From: Auanema rhodensis
Lineage: Eukaryota > Animalia > Nematoda
Direction: 5' to 3'
NCBI GenBank assembly: GCA_964057225.1
Contig: OZ059895.1
Span: 17,112,001 to 17,176,000 of the forward strand
Length of the DNA: 64,000 nucleotides
In this document: positions 27,897 through 39,952 of the stretch, piece by piece
Position numbering within the stretch: the first letter of the stretch is position 1
How the letters are laid out: each line of letters begins with the position of its first letter
The notes under the pieces: model-generated
What the model was told of the DNA's origin: nothing
The model's input: only the letters and a program-made list of their open reading frames with translations
Databases searched by the model: none
Translations under genes and position numbers: made by a program

Positions 27897-28825
27897 AAAT
27901 GATTATAAAACTTAGGTTCAAGCTTTTATATCTTCTTGTTTGGCTAATGAAATTACTATATATCAAATAATTCATGTAATATATGTATAATTGTGTTTCT
28001 ATTCTTTGAAATTAGTTTTTAAAACATCTTAGATTTAATACATTTTTTTAAAATCTGTTTTTTAGTAGTTTTATTTTTAAGAAAAGATAAGAAAAGTGAA
28101 TTCATATGCTTGAAGTAGAATCAAATAAGCAATTAACAAATTGTTGCACAGATCATTCTTCATGTATTTTCTAAAGATTATTTTTTAAAAAAATGTTTTT
28201 AGACCATATTTACAAGCTAAAACATGATGTGTGCTATATGAAAGTTATGTAAAAGGCCCCTACATCCTCTATCAAATCTTAAGACTTCTTTAGAATGTTG
28301 AGATAAGTCACTTTTTTTTGTTTTTTTTTTGAATATTTGTAAACAAATTATTTGCACGATTTTCAGATCTGAAGTAAACATGTCAAAGCATGTCAATGTT
28401 AATTTTCTTTTATAATTTCATTTGAAATTGCTTTCTCTTTCCCTGAAGAAGTTGATCTTGCTCATTGTTGCAAGAGCATATAGCTCATGCTTGACTTACA
28501 AGTCTTATTAGAAACAGTGTCATCTGTTTAAACTTCTTGCCGTTTGAAAGCAATTGAGCATTTCTAACCTTATTATAGAAGAAGAATAATTATCTTAAAA
28601 TTCTTCCAGCAAATAGCTATGTAGGACATATTAAAGCAAAGAAAAAGAAAAAGAAGATATATTATAAACATTTTTATAAATAATTATCATCATAATAATG
28701 AATGGACGACAAAAAAAAACACAGATAAAATAAGTGAACAATGACAAAAAGATATTATAATACAGAAATTGACAAAAGAAAACTTTTTTTTTTCTTTCAA
28801 ATAAACCCAGAAAAGAAAAAAAATA

Positions 28826-31107
28826 CTAATATATACAAAATAATATACTTATAATAAATGATATTGTAGACCATTTTGTTATTGAGTAGCTGATGCTTGA
28901 CTGCCGTAATTCTGAAAAAGAGACAAGGTTAATGAAGCTGTGACTGCAGCTGTGGATACAGCTTTTCAAGTTCTTATATTCTAAGTTTTACAGAAACGAA
29001 AAGTCTCTAAAGGCTACGAAAATCGTTGAATTAAATGCATAATCTGTTTTCAATTTTCACATAGTAAGTTGACATGCAACATGCCTGTATTTGACAAATT
29101 TGGTTGTGGATGTGAATTGGATAGATAGTATACAGCTTGTTGATGTTCACGATGCTGATGTGGTTCGTGGTGCTGGTTATGATGATGCTGATGATGATTC
29201 TGATGATTGTCGCCCATTGTATGCTGCTTGATATGCGAATATGATGGATCTCCGGTTGTCTGAGTTTCACGCGTTGCCAAATCACGATCTGAATCCTCAT
29301 CGTCAACATTCAAATTTCCGGAACCTATAATGTGCTCTGTGCCAGTGCCAGACAGATTCGTGCGCTACGCAATCGTCTACGAGCAGGTTGTTGGCTAACA
29401 GGGAGAGATCAAAGAGAAAGTCAAATTTTCATGGAAAAGTGGAAAGGTAGTAAGTGCTTTTCATGTTTTCGCTATTTTTCAAGCTTGAGCTTCTTCAAAA
29501 AAGGTTGGAAAACGTGAAAAGAGTGCAAAACTGGTAAAGATAAAACACGAAGACCAAATATTTGTATGGAACATACCTTCAGGAATAACGTTTGTATATA
29601 TGTATTCAGGTTGAGCAGCTGAAAATGCGTTATAAGAGTTAAGATTCAAGTTCTTTGCTGTTAGTTACCTTCAAGATTGATGTCAGCAAAGTGAGCGCCA
29701 TTATCATTTTTGGCTGTACATCTGTATGTGCCGTAATCATTTCCGGTTACTTTTCGAATTTCTAAGACATGTACGCTATGATACTGCCCAGAAACAGTTT
29801 GTGACTGAAACAACGTTCATTAGCTTCGTGAGTTATAAGAAGATTGTGTTGCTCTACCGTAGCGTATTCATCAGAATCAAAGATCTGCTTGCCATCTTTT
29901 TCCCAAATAACTTCTGGTCGAGGCCAAGATTCAGCAGTACAGACAAGACGTGCCATAGATCCCGTAGATGCTTTAACGTCAGTTTCCTTTGGGATGACCA
30001 TGGGGGCAACTGAAAACACTCATGTAACTCGTTGTTTGAACATATTTGGATTATTATTGTTCGCTCGAATCTCAAGCATTTCTTTCTCATTTTCTCATCT
30101 CTACTTTGAGAGGAGTTCGTGGACATCTCTATTGGACTTGGCCAGCCACACATTGTTGGCACTCGGAATGAGGACGGCAACAGACGAAGTGTGCTTTCAC
30201 CATCGTCTTCAACAAATTTTTTCCCTCTTCTCTTCAAACATGTTGTTATACCAAACTTTGCTGGCAAGGCAGAGGCTGATGCTATTCATTGGCCCTGAAT
30301 GCTGTGGCTTTCGTCTCTTTTTCGTTTTGCGTCCGTCATGCTAAACTCACAAACAGGCATCGGAATTGAATTTGCGTTCGTTTTGAACATATTCATATGG
30401 ATAATTAGGTTTCTTACGTCCACCCTGGATCTTTGCTGAATGAGCTGGACGCATGTTAGTGTCTGTACTTATTAGGTTCACATGCATGTATTGTGCGAAT
30501 AAGAAAAGGATGGAAGGTTTGCATGAAGTTGTAACTTCTACAGCATTATGCTGCGCAAATTTAACCGAGGATGTCATTTTGAAGCGTCAAATTGGCTCAG
30601 CATATCCTATCATATACTTGACTTTCGCCCAATATTGCTTCTTTTCATGCCGCTCTTCATTTAATTTTTCTATCTCCCTCAAGCCCGCTCTCTCTCTCTC
30701 TCCTCTCTCGTTCTTTCTCTTAATCCAAAGAGAAACAAATGAAATTTGGAAACAATAGAAAACTTATGATGAACTTACATGTAACAAGTAGCTTGATAGT
30801 CCAGGACTCATCTGGAGGAATACCATTACTGGCCACGCAGACATATTCGCTCATATGCTTACGACTAACCTTTGTAAGCTGAAGATTAGGTCCATGGAAG
30901 ACACTAGCTGAAATAAATGAAAATATTAATTTGTTTCTAAACTAATAACACAAACATCCCAAAGCGTGTTCACACCAGTTTTTTCAATTTGCTCTCAAGA
31001 GGCTACGAAGCAGAATTCCCGATGAGTGTACTGTTGTTTTTTGGGTAATGACATGCTACCCTCTTATAACAATACTTTTTTAACCTTATAAGCACTACTT
31101 ACACTAA

Positions 31108-31142
<35 letters not shown>

Positions 31143-34100
31143 TCTCTCTCTCACTCTTTCTCATCTTTTACACTTAGATTATAGTCAATTGCATATTTTG
31201 ATCCAGTCAGTTAGTCAGAAGAGATAGTCTCTTGAGTACATATGATGTTGTCATAATAATTGGCTTTCTGCCAATTTAGAGTGTTCTTTACTTAATTACA
31301 TGAAGTGTGGATGGTTTTCATCTAACATATGGTCAAGATTATCGTTGTCAGAGGTTACATAGACAGACGAGGGTCATCTCTGTCAGGCTGTCGCATACAA
31401 GAAATCCGGTAGATGTTACGTTAGCATGATAGATCATAGATAGAGCTGAGAGAGAGCTAGAGATAGCAGATGAATGAGATAGACAATCCCTCCTCTTATG
31501 CTATCCACTTCTTCAGTCAATCAGTCAGATACATTGCTAGACGGCGTCATGTGGATACAATGTTGGTTTTACCCACGCTTAATCCACTGCTGTCGTGATT
31601 TTTCTCTTCTGCTTATAGTGCAGCCAGATATATCTATGTACTGCTTGGGATTCTCTGAGAGCTAGCTCCAGCTACATACAGCAAGTACTGCTGTTACTGC
31701 AAGAGATTTCCTGAATAATGTGTTGTTGGTTTTGGTCAATGCAGAATAATGTGAGTCCAAGAAAGAAAGAGAGAGAGAGAGAGATACTTAACATTGAGTT
31801 GACGACAGATTGAAAGACGAACAGCCCAGAAATGCTGGCATCTAGTCGGATGACTTGGCCATGACTTGACTTGACCCTGAATGAAAAGAGGCCACTACTA
31901 CACATGAAATCAAGAGCACAATGAACTACGATGATCATGAGTCTAAGCGTTATGAGACTGAATTACAGCATGGGAATGCTTATATGCTGCTTCTGAAGAG
32001 CTAATGATTCGTATCCAAGATGTATATACGATGTAAATGAGAAAATATGTTGTAAATCTTGTAAATAGATGAAGATAATATTATTTAAAAGATTAGCCAA
32101 CCATTGATGTAACTTCTAACAAGCTTATGCCTTGATCTTCTTTCATTTTTTCAAACTGATTATGCTCGTAGCCCCCTTCTACCCTAGTCTGACCACTGTC
32201 TCAATAACTAACCTCCGAATCCAGTTGCACCATTGTAGCGGATTATCTGACGATCTTGTCGTCTCCAGATGACTGTTGGTGCTGGATTACCTTCAGCTTT
32301 ACAACTCAACGTCACATTATGTCCCTCTCGTACTTCAACAGCAGACGGTGTACTGCGCGAAACGCTCGGTGGTACTGAAATAAAAGAAAAATAGATTAAA
32401 GAAGCAACTTGCTGCTAAAAACTTGAAAGATAAAACTTTGTAAAAACATCTTTTTTTTTGATGGTCAGCTTGAAAAGAGAAAGCTGTTTTCTGCTGTATG
32501 TAGTGCGTGAGCAAGCATCAATGCAATGCATTGTCTGATGGTCTAGATGAGTGTCATCGTTGTTGATCACACACCTCAAAGCCTTATTTAGTGTTCGGAT
32601 AACTTGGTGTTGTTAGTGTAGTTCCCTAGTCAACCAACAATGTGTTAAATACTTTCAATACAGTAGTGTATTGTGACATGCTGATAGAGAAAGTGTGAGA
32701 GGCTTATTGCGCGCTGGCTCAGGAGCCACCTAGCTGACAGCCAGATCACAAACAAACTTGTTGCAGCTTTTATTCATTTCAAAAGATTTTTTTTCTTTTT
32801 CACAGCTCGCCGACAACGTTTGCTAGTCAGTTGAATTGAAATAAAGAATTTAACTTTAAAAATATCCAAAAAGTAAATGATATTACTGAGTGAAAGTTCG
32901 TTTTGAGATCAAAAATGAAAAATATGTTTTGAAAATGTTTTTTCAACCAAAAAATATCAGTCGAATTTAAGTTATGACAGTTTGTTTGGCTTTGGCTTGA
33001 TAGATAAGTTCTTTTTCTTCCTTTTGGATGACGTTCACTACTCCCTCCCACCACCCATCTCTCTTTTCCATTTTAACTTAAATATCTCTTTCATATTTTA
33101 TATAGAAGTTGAAGAAAATTGGGATACTGAATCTAAATGCCTAGCCACTCTGCCAAAGAAATGAAGATGATGTTAAACATGCTGGAAAAACATTCAAGTT
33201 GAAAAAGAGAGCCCCCAACCCAAAAGACTTGCTCTCGACTGCTTTCCCCTACCTCAGTCGTCTTACTTTCTTTTTCTATCTATCTTGAACACTCTCTATC
33301 ACAATGTTCTTTGCCTTTTCTACCATTTTAGACCCAAAATATCCGAGGAGCATCTGACGCAACTAACAACTGTGTGCAGATGAGTGGGTGAATGTAGATG
33401 AATCGGACAATATGTTCAAGCATGTATCCATATTAGCCCTATATCAACGACATTGACCGACCTGGATGTATGTTGATTAGGTCAACGAATGTTTTCTTCT
33501 TCTTCTGTCACATCAAGAAGTCATGCTCCCACCTGTTACGGCAATTAATTAGGTGTCAGATGATGCCTGATGCTTGATGATGATGACGGCAATGGCAATT
33601 GAGTGAGAGAAAGATCTAAGAACACAGACAGACATGAATCCATTTATGGCCGATATCTCTTCTGAGAAGAAGAAGATGCCGCCAAAACCATTTCCGTTTA
33701 TTCCTGATCCATCACACATCGTCAACATGACAGACGTTCGAGTTTTCAGCAGGCTTTGAGCTTCAAATGGGATAACTGGACAACATGCTACTGAGCATAT
33801 GAATCAAAGAGAATATAGATTAAGAAAGAATAATTTTTTAATTGCTGTTAAAGCGGGTAATTAATGCTTTAATGGATTCTAATAGGTGGTTTTCTAATAG
33901 CATTGCTGTATCTCAAAGAGACCAGCAGCGACTTCAAGACGGATTTCACAGCCGCCGGCATGCTACACGCTTGATTCGCTTAGCTTTAGCCACATTCGTA
34001 AAGCCTTTATTCATTATGATACAGACGGAAATTGATTTCGACCCCCAAGAACTATTTTATTGGAAAAGGGGAAAAACAGAAAACAGAAAGAAGCAGAGGA

Positions 34101-37100
34101 AAAGAGGGAAAAAGAGAGGAAGAGAGAGAGAGGAGTGAGAGGCCAAACTAGCGGATAAAAAGCGGGGTGGGAAGAGGAATGAAAGGAAGTGGCTCGTTGG
34201 CTGGACGAGTTAATGAATTTGAAAATTGAAAATTTGGGTTTTTTCGGCTTAGATTTATATCCTCTGAGAATCATTAGCATACTGATGAAGTAGAAAGAAT
34301 ACCCTTAGAAAAATCTCTTTTTTCCTTTCCCTTCTTCAGATCTAATGAGACATGATGTCTGACTACAATTCTCTCAGTTACTGCTGGCCATCTGTAGTCA
34401 TTTCGTCAGTCAATATGATAGATACAGGAATATCTTCATATATCTTTTGAAAAGAAAACCGGCAAAAGAAGTTAACGGAAGTGTAAAGGAAGATGCTTCT
34501 GACAGCCATCGCTGACCATCCCTCCACACCCCGAAGATGAGCACAAAGCAGACTGTAGCTTTCTCATTAAGCTTATGCTTTATCCTCTTTCACTATGCAC
34601 TTGGATAGATTATTTCGATGTTGATTAGTAGAGTTTCGTACTTACCTCGTATATCAAGCTCTCCTGTCAACGACATAATTGGATCTGTATTTATTTGGCA
34701 CGAATAGTTCCCACGATCCTTCTCCTGAAAAAAGATCTCAAATTGCATGAGAGAATAAGCTATAGATATTATATGTATATATATATATATTAGATAGAAA
34801 TAGAAAAAATGCGGAAAAATGCTTGAAATAAGGTTGGATGAGTTGAAAAAGATGTTGATGAATATACAAATGAAGTTATGAGTCAACAAAAAGAAAACAG
34901 AAAAAAGAAAAAGGAAAATAAAGATGAGTTACTTCATTTCTCTCCCTCTCTTTGTTTCTCTCTCTCTCTCTCTTTCTATATTACCTGAGCATTCTTGATA
35001 GTTAGTACCCATTCGTTATTCATAGGTCCCATCCGTGGCTTCAGCTCATACTTGTCGCGTTGACGAAATATCTGTAAAAAAACACAAAAACATCTAATTT
35101 TTCTCAGAAAATACATTGTAAACGATGGGAAGATGTATAAGAGGAGACTCTTTTCAATTTTTTTGTCTTTTGCTTCTGTTTTAACATTGACAACTATAGC
35201 AGGAGCAGCAGTAGCACGTGTATCATCATCAACATCATATACAGAGAGATGATAGATGTACATGCCTAGTTGACTACTTTGAATGAGAAGTAAGTAAAGG
35301 GGGGGGGAGTAGAAGGGAAAGCGAGAGTTTGGAAGGTTTATGTATGTAATTGAAATTCAGTTTATGAATCGTTAGATGGAAATATAGAATAAAGTGATTA
35401 TATATTTCAAAGCATATAATACAACTTGAGCTTTATTCTTCAACTTCTTCATCATTCATTAGATTGAAAGGCAACTTTTGTTACAACTTTAATGAGCTCA
35501 TTGAATAGATCATGATTTGCATTCGTTTTTTGTTCATTTTTCCATTCAAATTTCTACTTTCCTCCCTCGCATGGCTTTCAGATTGATGCAATTAAATTGG
35601 ACAATTTGATAGTTTTAATGGGGATGATGGTTTTAGATCTATAAACTCTTATATACTTCTTATAATTAATTGAAAAATAATAAATTAGACGAAATATTTG
35701 GTGAAAAAACATGTTTTTCAAAGGTCAAAATGGCGGCAAAAAAAAACTATAAGATGATGATGTTTGAAGTACTCTATACTACTTACCCTCTCATCAAATG
35801 AGATAAGTCTAGGAGGTTTACCAGCACGTACAAAAGCCACCTAAAACAAATAATAAATCATTTCTCGAAAAGAAATTGAAAAGATATGATTTTTCATACC
35901 ATATGACGTCCTAAGTTATCAACTTTACATGTAAAATCCACATCCTGGCCTAATAAGGCAATTGCATTGCCCATGGAATCCGATGATATAATTGGCGGAG
36001 CTTGTCGTGTACATACTGAAACAAGTGCCTTAAGATCTGATTTATCTATCTCTCTCTATCTTTCTCTATCTTTCTCTTTTTGTTTTTTTGTTTGTTTTTT
36101 CCTCAAACATTTAGAATTGATGATGGAGAGATTGGCTAACTCTTGATTCTGAAAGAGAGAGGAAGGAACGAAAAGAAGCATACGAGTGCGAGAGAAGGGA
36201 TTGCTTTCAGTTTTTTACAACCAAAACCGTTTTCACCTTTTAGACGGTTCCATTTTCTGAACTTATCCCTCTATATCCCTCTTCCTCTTTCCCCATCTCT
36301 CTTACTCCTTCTCTCTCCCTCTCTCTCTCTCTTATTATATCATCTTTTGCGTGAAAAGCATGACTTTTTTCTGCAGTTATAAGTGCGGAAAAAGTGTTTT
36401 TTATTCAAAAAATGGTAATATATGGTCAGAGACCATGTTGCGGACGACAAGCTATTCGCTTTTCCATTTCCGGCACATCTGAGCTCTCATAGGGCTCTAT
36501 GAACCTCGTGTAACAATGACGAAACTCGCCGTATTTGTCAACTCGAAATGAGGAAAAGCAAATCTACGAGAAGTCGAGACTTACCGTTAAACAATTGACA
36601 AAGAATTGTTGGAAACATAAGTATAGAATATTCATTTGACATTATAAAATATTCAAATAACAAGTGATAACAATGATTCTGATGATGATGATGATGATGT
36701 ATGCTATTATGCTTAATAGACTATCAATGATAGACTTTGAGCTTGTTATGCAATAGTGATGATGATGATGTAGTAGTAGTAGTAGTAGTAGTAGTATCAA
36801 ACAAGTAAAAGACTTGGAAAAGCAGTAGCAGCCTTTTTTCAAATATTCTGTCCAAGTTAAAGGCAAGAAGAACAAGAAATAAATAGATTGAAGTGATGCA
36901 ATATGATCAGCTGTTATAGATTATGATACTGCTGGCTTGTACTAGGCTATTGCTTTCAATCTGTGATATGTACAAGACTTGAAATGATGCTGCTAGTGCT
37001 GCTGCTTCTGCTGCTTCTGATGATGATGATGATGATGATGATGTTGAGAATGCGAGATGATCTGGTGACTGGAGTGATTGCAACATCATCAAACATCCCA

Positions 37101-37390
37101 TGAGGATATGATCTCATATGCTTCACAATCATCATCAATTCTTTTTGATTTTAAAATAATTTTATGAAATTCTGACATACGAAGGATGACATTACAAATA
37201 TAAAAGCTTTCAAGCCTATTTTTGAACGATGTTATACAGAAATTAATGAAAATGAATTGAATAAATGAAAAATTTAGATTATATAGTTAAATATTACATA
37301 TAACTAACCTGAAGTAATAGTTAGCAATAATACAAAAATATTTAGAATATTAGGACTACCAAATAGATTATAAGAGAACATCTCTGACAT
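28826..37390 (-). CDS. rig-5: RIG-5, three-Ig-domain neuronal adhesion protein of the DIP/lachesin/IgLON group, predicted GPI-anchored
   Basis: Spliced exons give a signal peptide followed by APPIISSDSMGNAIALLGQDVDFTCKVDNLGRHMVAFVRAGKPPRLISFDERIFRQRDKYELKPR...EWVLTIKNAQEKDRGNYSCQINTDP..., VPPSVSRSTPSAVEVREGHNVTLSCKAEGNPAPTVIWRRQDRQIIRYNGATGFGASVFHGP...KVSRKHMSEYVCVASNGIPPDESW..., MARLVCTAESWPRPEV...TVSGQYHSVHVLEIR. I recognise these from recall as closely matching C. elegans RIG-5. The C-terminal tail is hydrophobic. Confidence 0.92.
31088..31152. repeat. (CT)n microsatellite in a rig-5 intron
   Basis: CT run. Confidence 0.9.
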
Positions 37391-37760
37391 TTCTGGACAC
37401 AAACCACTAAGTCGTCTGTCCCCCAGAGTTTAGGTGCCGAGCAGGAGAGGAAGAGAGAAAAGGGCGGAGCTTACGCCCTACATATTGGTCGTTGACGAAA
37501 GCACTTCAATCTTGAACACTAGTACTCGCATCAAGACTTAATTCATTGAAAAAAAAACTAAATGAGCAATCAAAATGATTTTTCATAATTTTTGTTGAAA
37601 ACAATGGGAATTTCTAAATTTAAAGTTTATTTTAAAAATCTTAAAATAATCAATAAAGAACTGTTAGTAGAGCAAAAAAAATAAAAATTTTTAAAGAATA
37701 CTTTGTAGATCATTGAAAACAAGTAATCTTCGATTTTCTGTTTTTTTTTCGTTCAAAATG

Positions 37761-37785
37761 AGTGAAACTCATACAAAATACGTTT
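37761..37785 (+). promoter_or_regulatory. PSE-like upstream motif of C/D RNA copy 1
   Basis: AGTGAAACTCATACAAAATACGTTT. A related motif, AGTTAAACCCATACAAGGTACGTTT, sits at identical 38-nt spacing upstream of the otherwise diverged copy 2. Confidence 0.65.
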
Positions 37786-37823
37786 TTCTTCCAATATGAA
37801 CAAGAAATAAAAGTTTTGGATTT

Positions 37824-37951
37824 GTCTTCAGTCAGGATAATTCTGATTTGCAAAGCTGTCAATGATGAGGAACAGAGATGATTCCATGTGAGTTAGAGCT
37901 AGCGATACTGCGGGACCGCAACTCCTGTCAGCTTATCATAGCTGAGGCAGC
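37824..37951 (+). ncRNA. Box C/D snoRNA with 5' extension, U8/CeR-2(CeN21)-like, copy 1
   Basis: C box ATGATGA (37862), D box CTGA (37942), terminal stem GCTGTC/GGCAGC and a ~35-nt 5' extension CTTCAGT...TCTGATTTGCAA. Internal GTGAGTTA and GGACCGCAACTCCTG resemble U8/CeR-2 motifs (from recall). Homology between paralogs stops sharply at the 5' end. Confidence 0.75.
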
Positions 37952-38089
37952 AACTTCCTTTAATCGAATAAAAACTTTTCTGGGTTATTAAGTGTTTCAA
38001 AAACAAACGGACCTTACAAGATAGGAAATGGTAATAAGAAATTTGAAGAAATCAGTTTTCTCCGGGAAAAGAGAAATTAATTGAAATGT

Positions 38090-38161
38090 GGGGATATAGC
38101 TCAGTGGTAGAGCGCTCCCTTAGCATGGGAGAGGGCTGGGGTTCAATTCCCCATATCTCCA
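38090..38161 (+). tRNA. tRNA-Ala (AGC)
   Basis: GGGGATATAGCTCAGTGGTAGAGCGCTCCCTTAGCATGGGAGAGGGCTGGGGTTCAATTCCCCATATCTCCA: cloverleaf, AGC anticodon, G3:U70, A and B boxes, downstream TTTT. Confidence 0.97.
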
Positions 38162-38241
38162 GAATTCTTTTGCTTTCCACCCCGATAAAGCTTTAAGTCT
38201 GATTTTCTTATTCTTTGAAACACGTGTGCAAACTTGACGCG

Positions 38242-39180
38242 TGAACTGTATGTTGACTGATTAGCATAATTCACGTGTACTTTCTACTCACGTCACACAC
38301 CTCGTGTTTGCTATTTTTCGAACTCTTATCCACGTGTGTGGTTGCATTTCTTCATTTTGAACATTATTTTTAATAATTTTATTCTTTTTTCAGTTACTTT
38401 CAATTTAAAAAAAATAAAACAAAGTCTTCTCAGCAAGTATGAGTAGGTTCATCAAGAATTTCCTAATTTTTTTTATTTTTATCCCGTTTCACCTCAACTA
38501 GCCAGTTCACAACACTGAAAGTTACAATTTTTCAAAAATTTAGTTGAACTATTGAAATAATCATTACTTCTGTTTAATTTATGATAAAACTTTCTACTAT
38601 TATATGATATTACTTCCTCTTTTCTCTTTCTTTCAAATGTACTACGCTACTTATTTCATCGTTATGATGATTAGAATGATTTATCTTTGATCAAAGAAAG
38701 TTCAAAGTTCTCATAACGGTTAAACGGCAAACGAATACAAAATCATGATATAGAAAGCTCAAATTTGGTTGGAAAATTAAAAAAAAAATTTCACCAGAAA
38801 AGATAAAATAATAAAATTCTTTTGTATAGGTTTATGCACAAGAGCTGTAGTGGAGCTGGTAGACCGTAGCTAGTTCAACTAAATTTTTGAAAAATTGTAA
38901 CTTTCAGTGTTGTGAACTGGCTAGTTGAGGTGAAACGGGATAAAAATAAAAAAAATTAGGAAATTCTTGATGAACCTACTCATACTTGCTGAGAAGACTT
39001 TGTTTTATTTTTTTTAAATTGAAAGTAACTGAAAAAAGAATAAAATTATTAAAAATAATGTTCAAAATGAAGAAATGCAACCACACACGTGGATAAGAGT
39101 TCGAAAAATAACAAACACGAGGTGTGTGACGTGAGTAGAAAGTACACGTGAATTATGCTAATCATTCAAAACACAGTTCA
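38242..39180. repeat. Internal palindrome: ~310-bp arms (38242-38551 / 38871-39180) with a 319-bp spacer
   Basis: Arms are reverse complements with about 4 mismatches; no target-site duplication is evident. Confidence 0.9.
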
Positions 39181-39952
39181 TAAATTACATTGATTTCTTC
39201 AATTTTCTTATTATCAACACCCATCTCTAATAGTTCATTTGCTTTGAAAACACAAAGTAAGCTATAAGTTGGTGAAAGAATAGATTTGTTGAAAAGAAAA
39301 CATGGTAAAGAGACATAGATTCATATATAATTTCAATGAAAAGTTCAAGTTAAAAAGAAAATTACATAGTTTTTCGTGAGACTATGAAAAGGAGGTTGAG
39401 GCTATGAATTGGATAACAATCGCATCTTCTTACATACAAATATATAATAATATTTGAATAATTATTTAGATTCATATAAATGAGTAAATAAAATTAAAAT
39501 AAAGTATTTTTTATTTAATTTTAAAAAAGATTAGTGAATACAATTGAATCAAAGTCATGATGATTATCAGTGGAGCGCGACTTATTAAGTATTGTTTTCT
39601 GTTATAATTTCACTAAAAAGTATAATTAACTGAAATAAACTAAGTATTACAAAACTTGAAAATATGAAATCGACCCTGTAGAACTAGAAAAAGTGACTGA
39701 AATTTGAAAATATCATCATATCAACGAGATATGACACCTTGAACATAGCCCCCTTAGTGAACATGTATTGCCTTCTGGTTTATATGATATAACGACTTTT
39801 TACTTTATCATATAGTTACCTTTTATATATAAATGTGGTCAATAGCCGAAAGGATAAGATGACAGACTGGCACTCAAACAGTCCAAGATCGAGTCCCACA
39901 GGTTGCTGATCAGAACATAAGGTAAGACAGAAGTTATAGAAGCAGTACACCG

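Noticed and set aside
29844-30758. Overlapping ORFs near the rig-5 Ig3 exon
   Set aside because: Antisense or intronic shadows of rig-5 with no independent gene structure.
37824-37951. U3, U4 or SECIS identity for the conserved 128-nt element
   Set aside because: Only short, out-of-order matches. The C/D boxes, terminal stem and 5' extension fit a U8/CeR-2-type RNA better.
38242-39180. MITE insertion
   Set aside because: No target-site duplication, and the arm sequence is continuous with the tRNA flank in the right-hand copy; an inverted duplication fits better.
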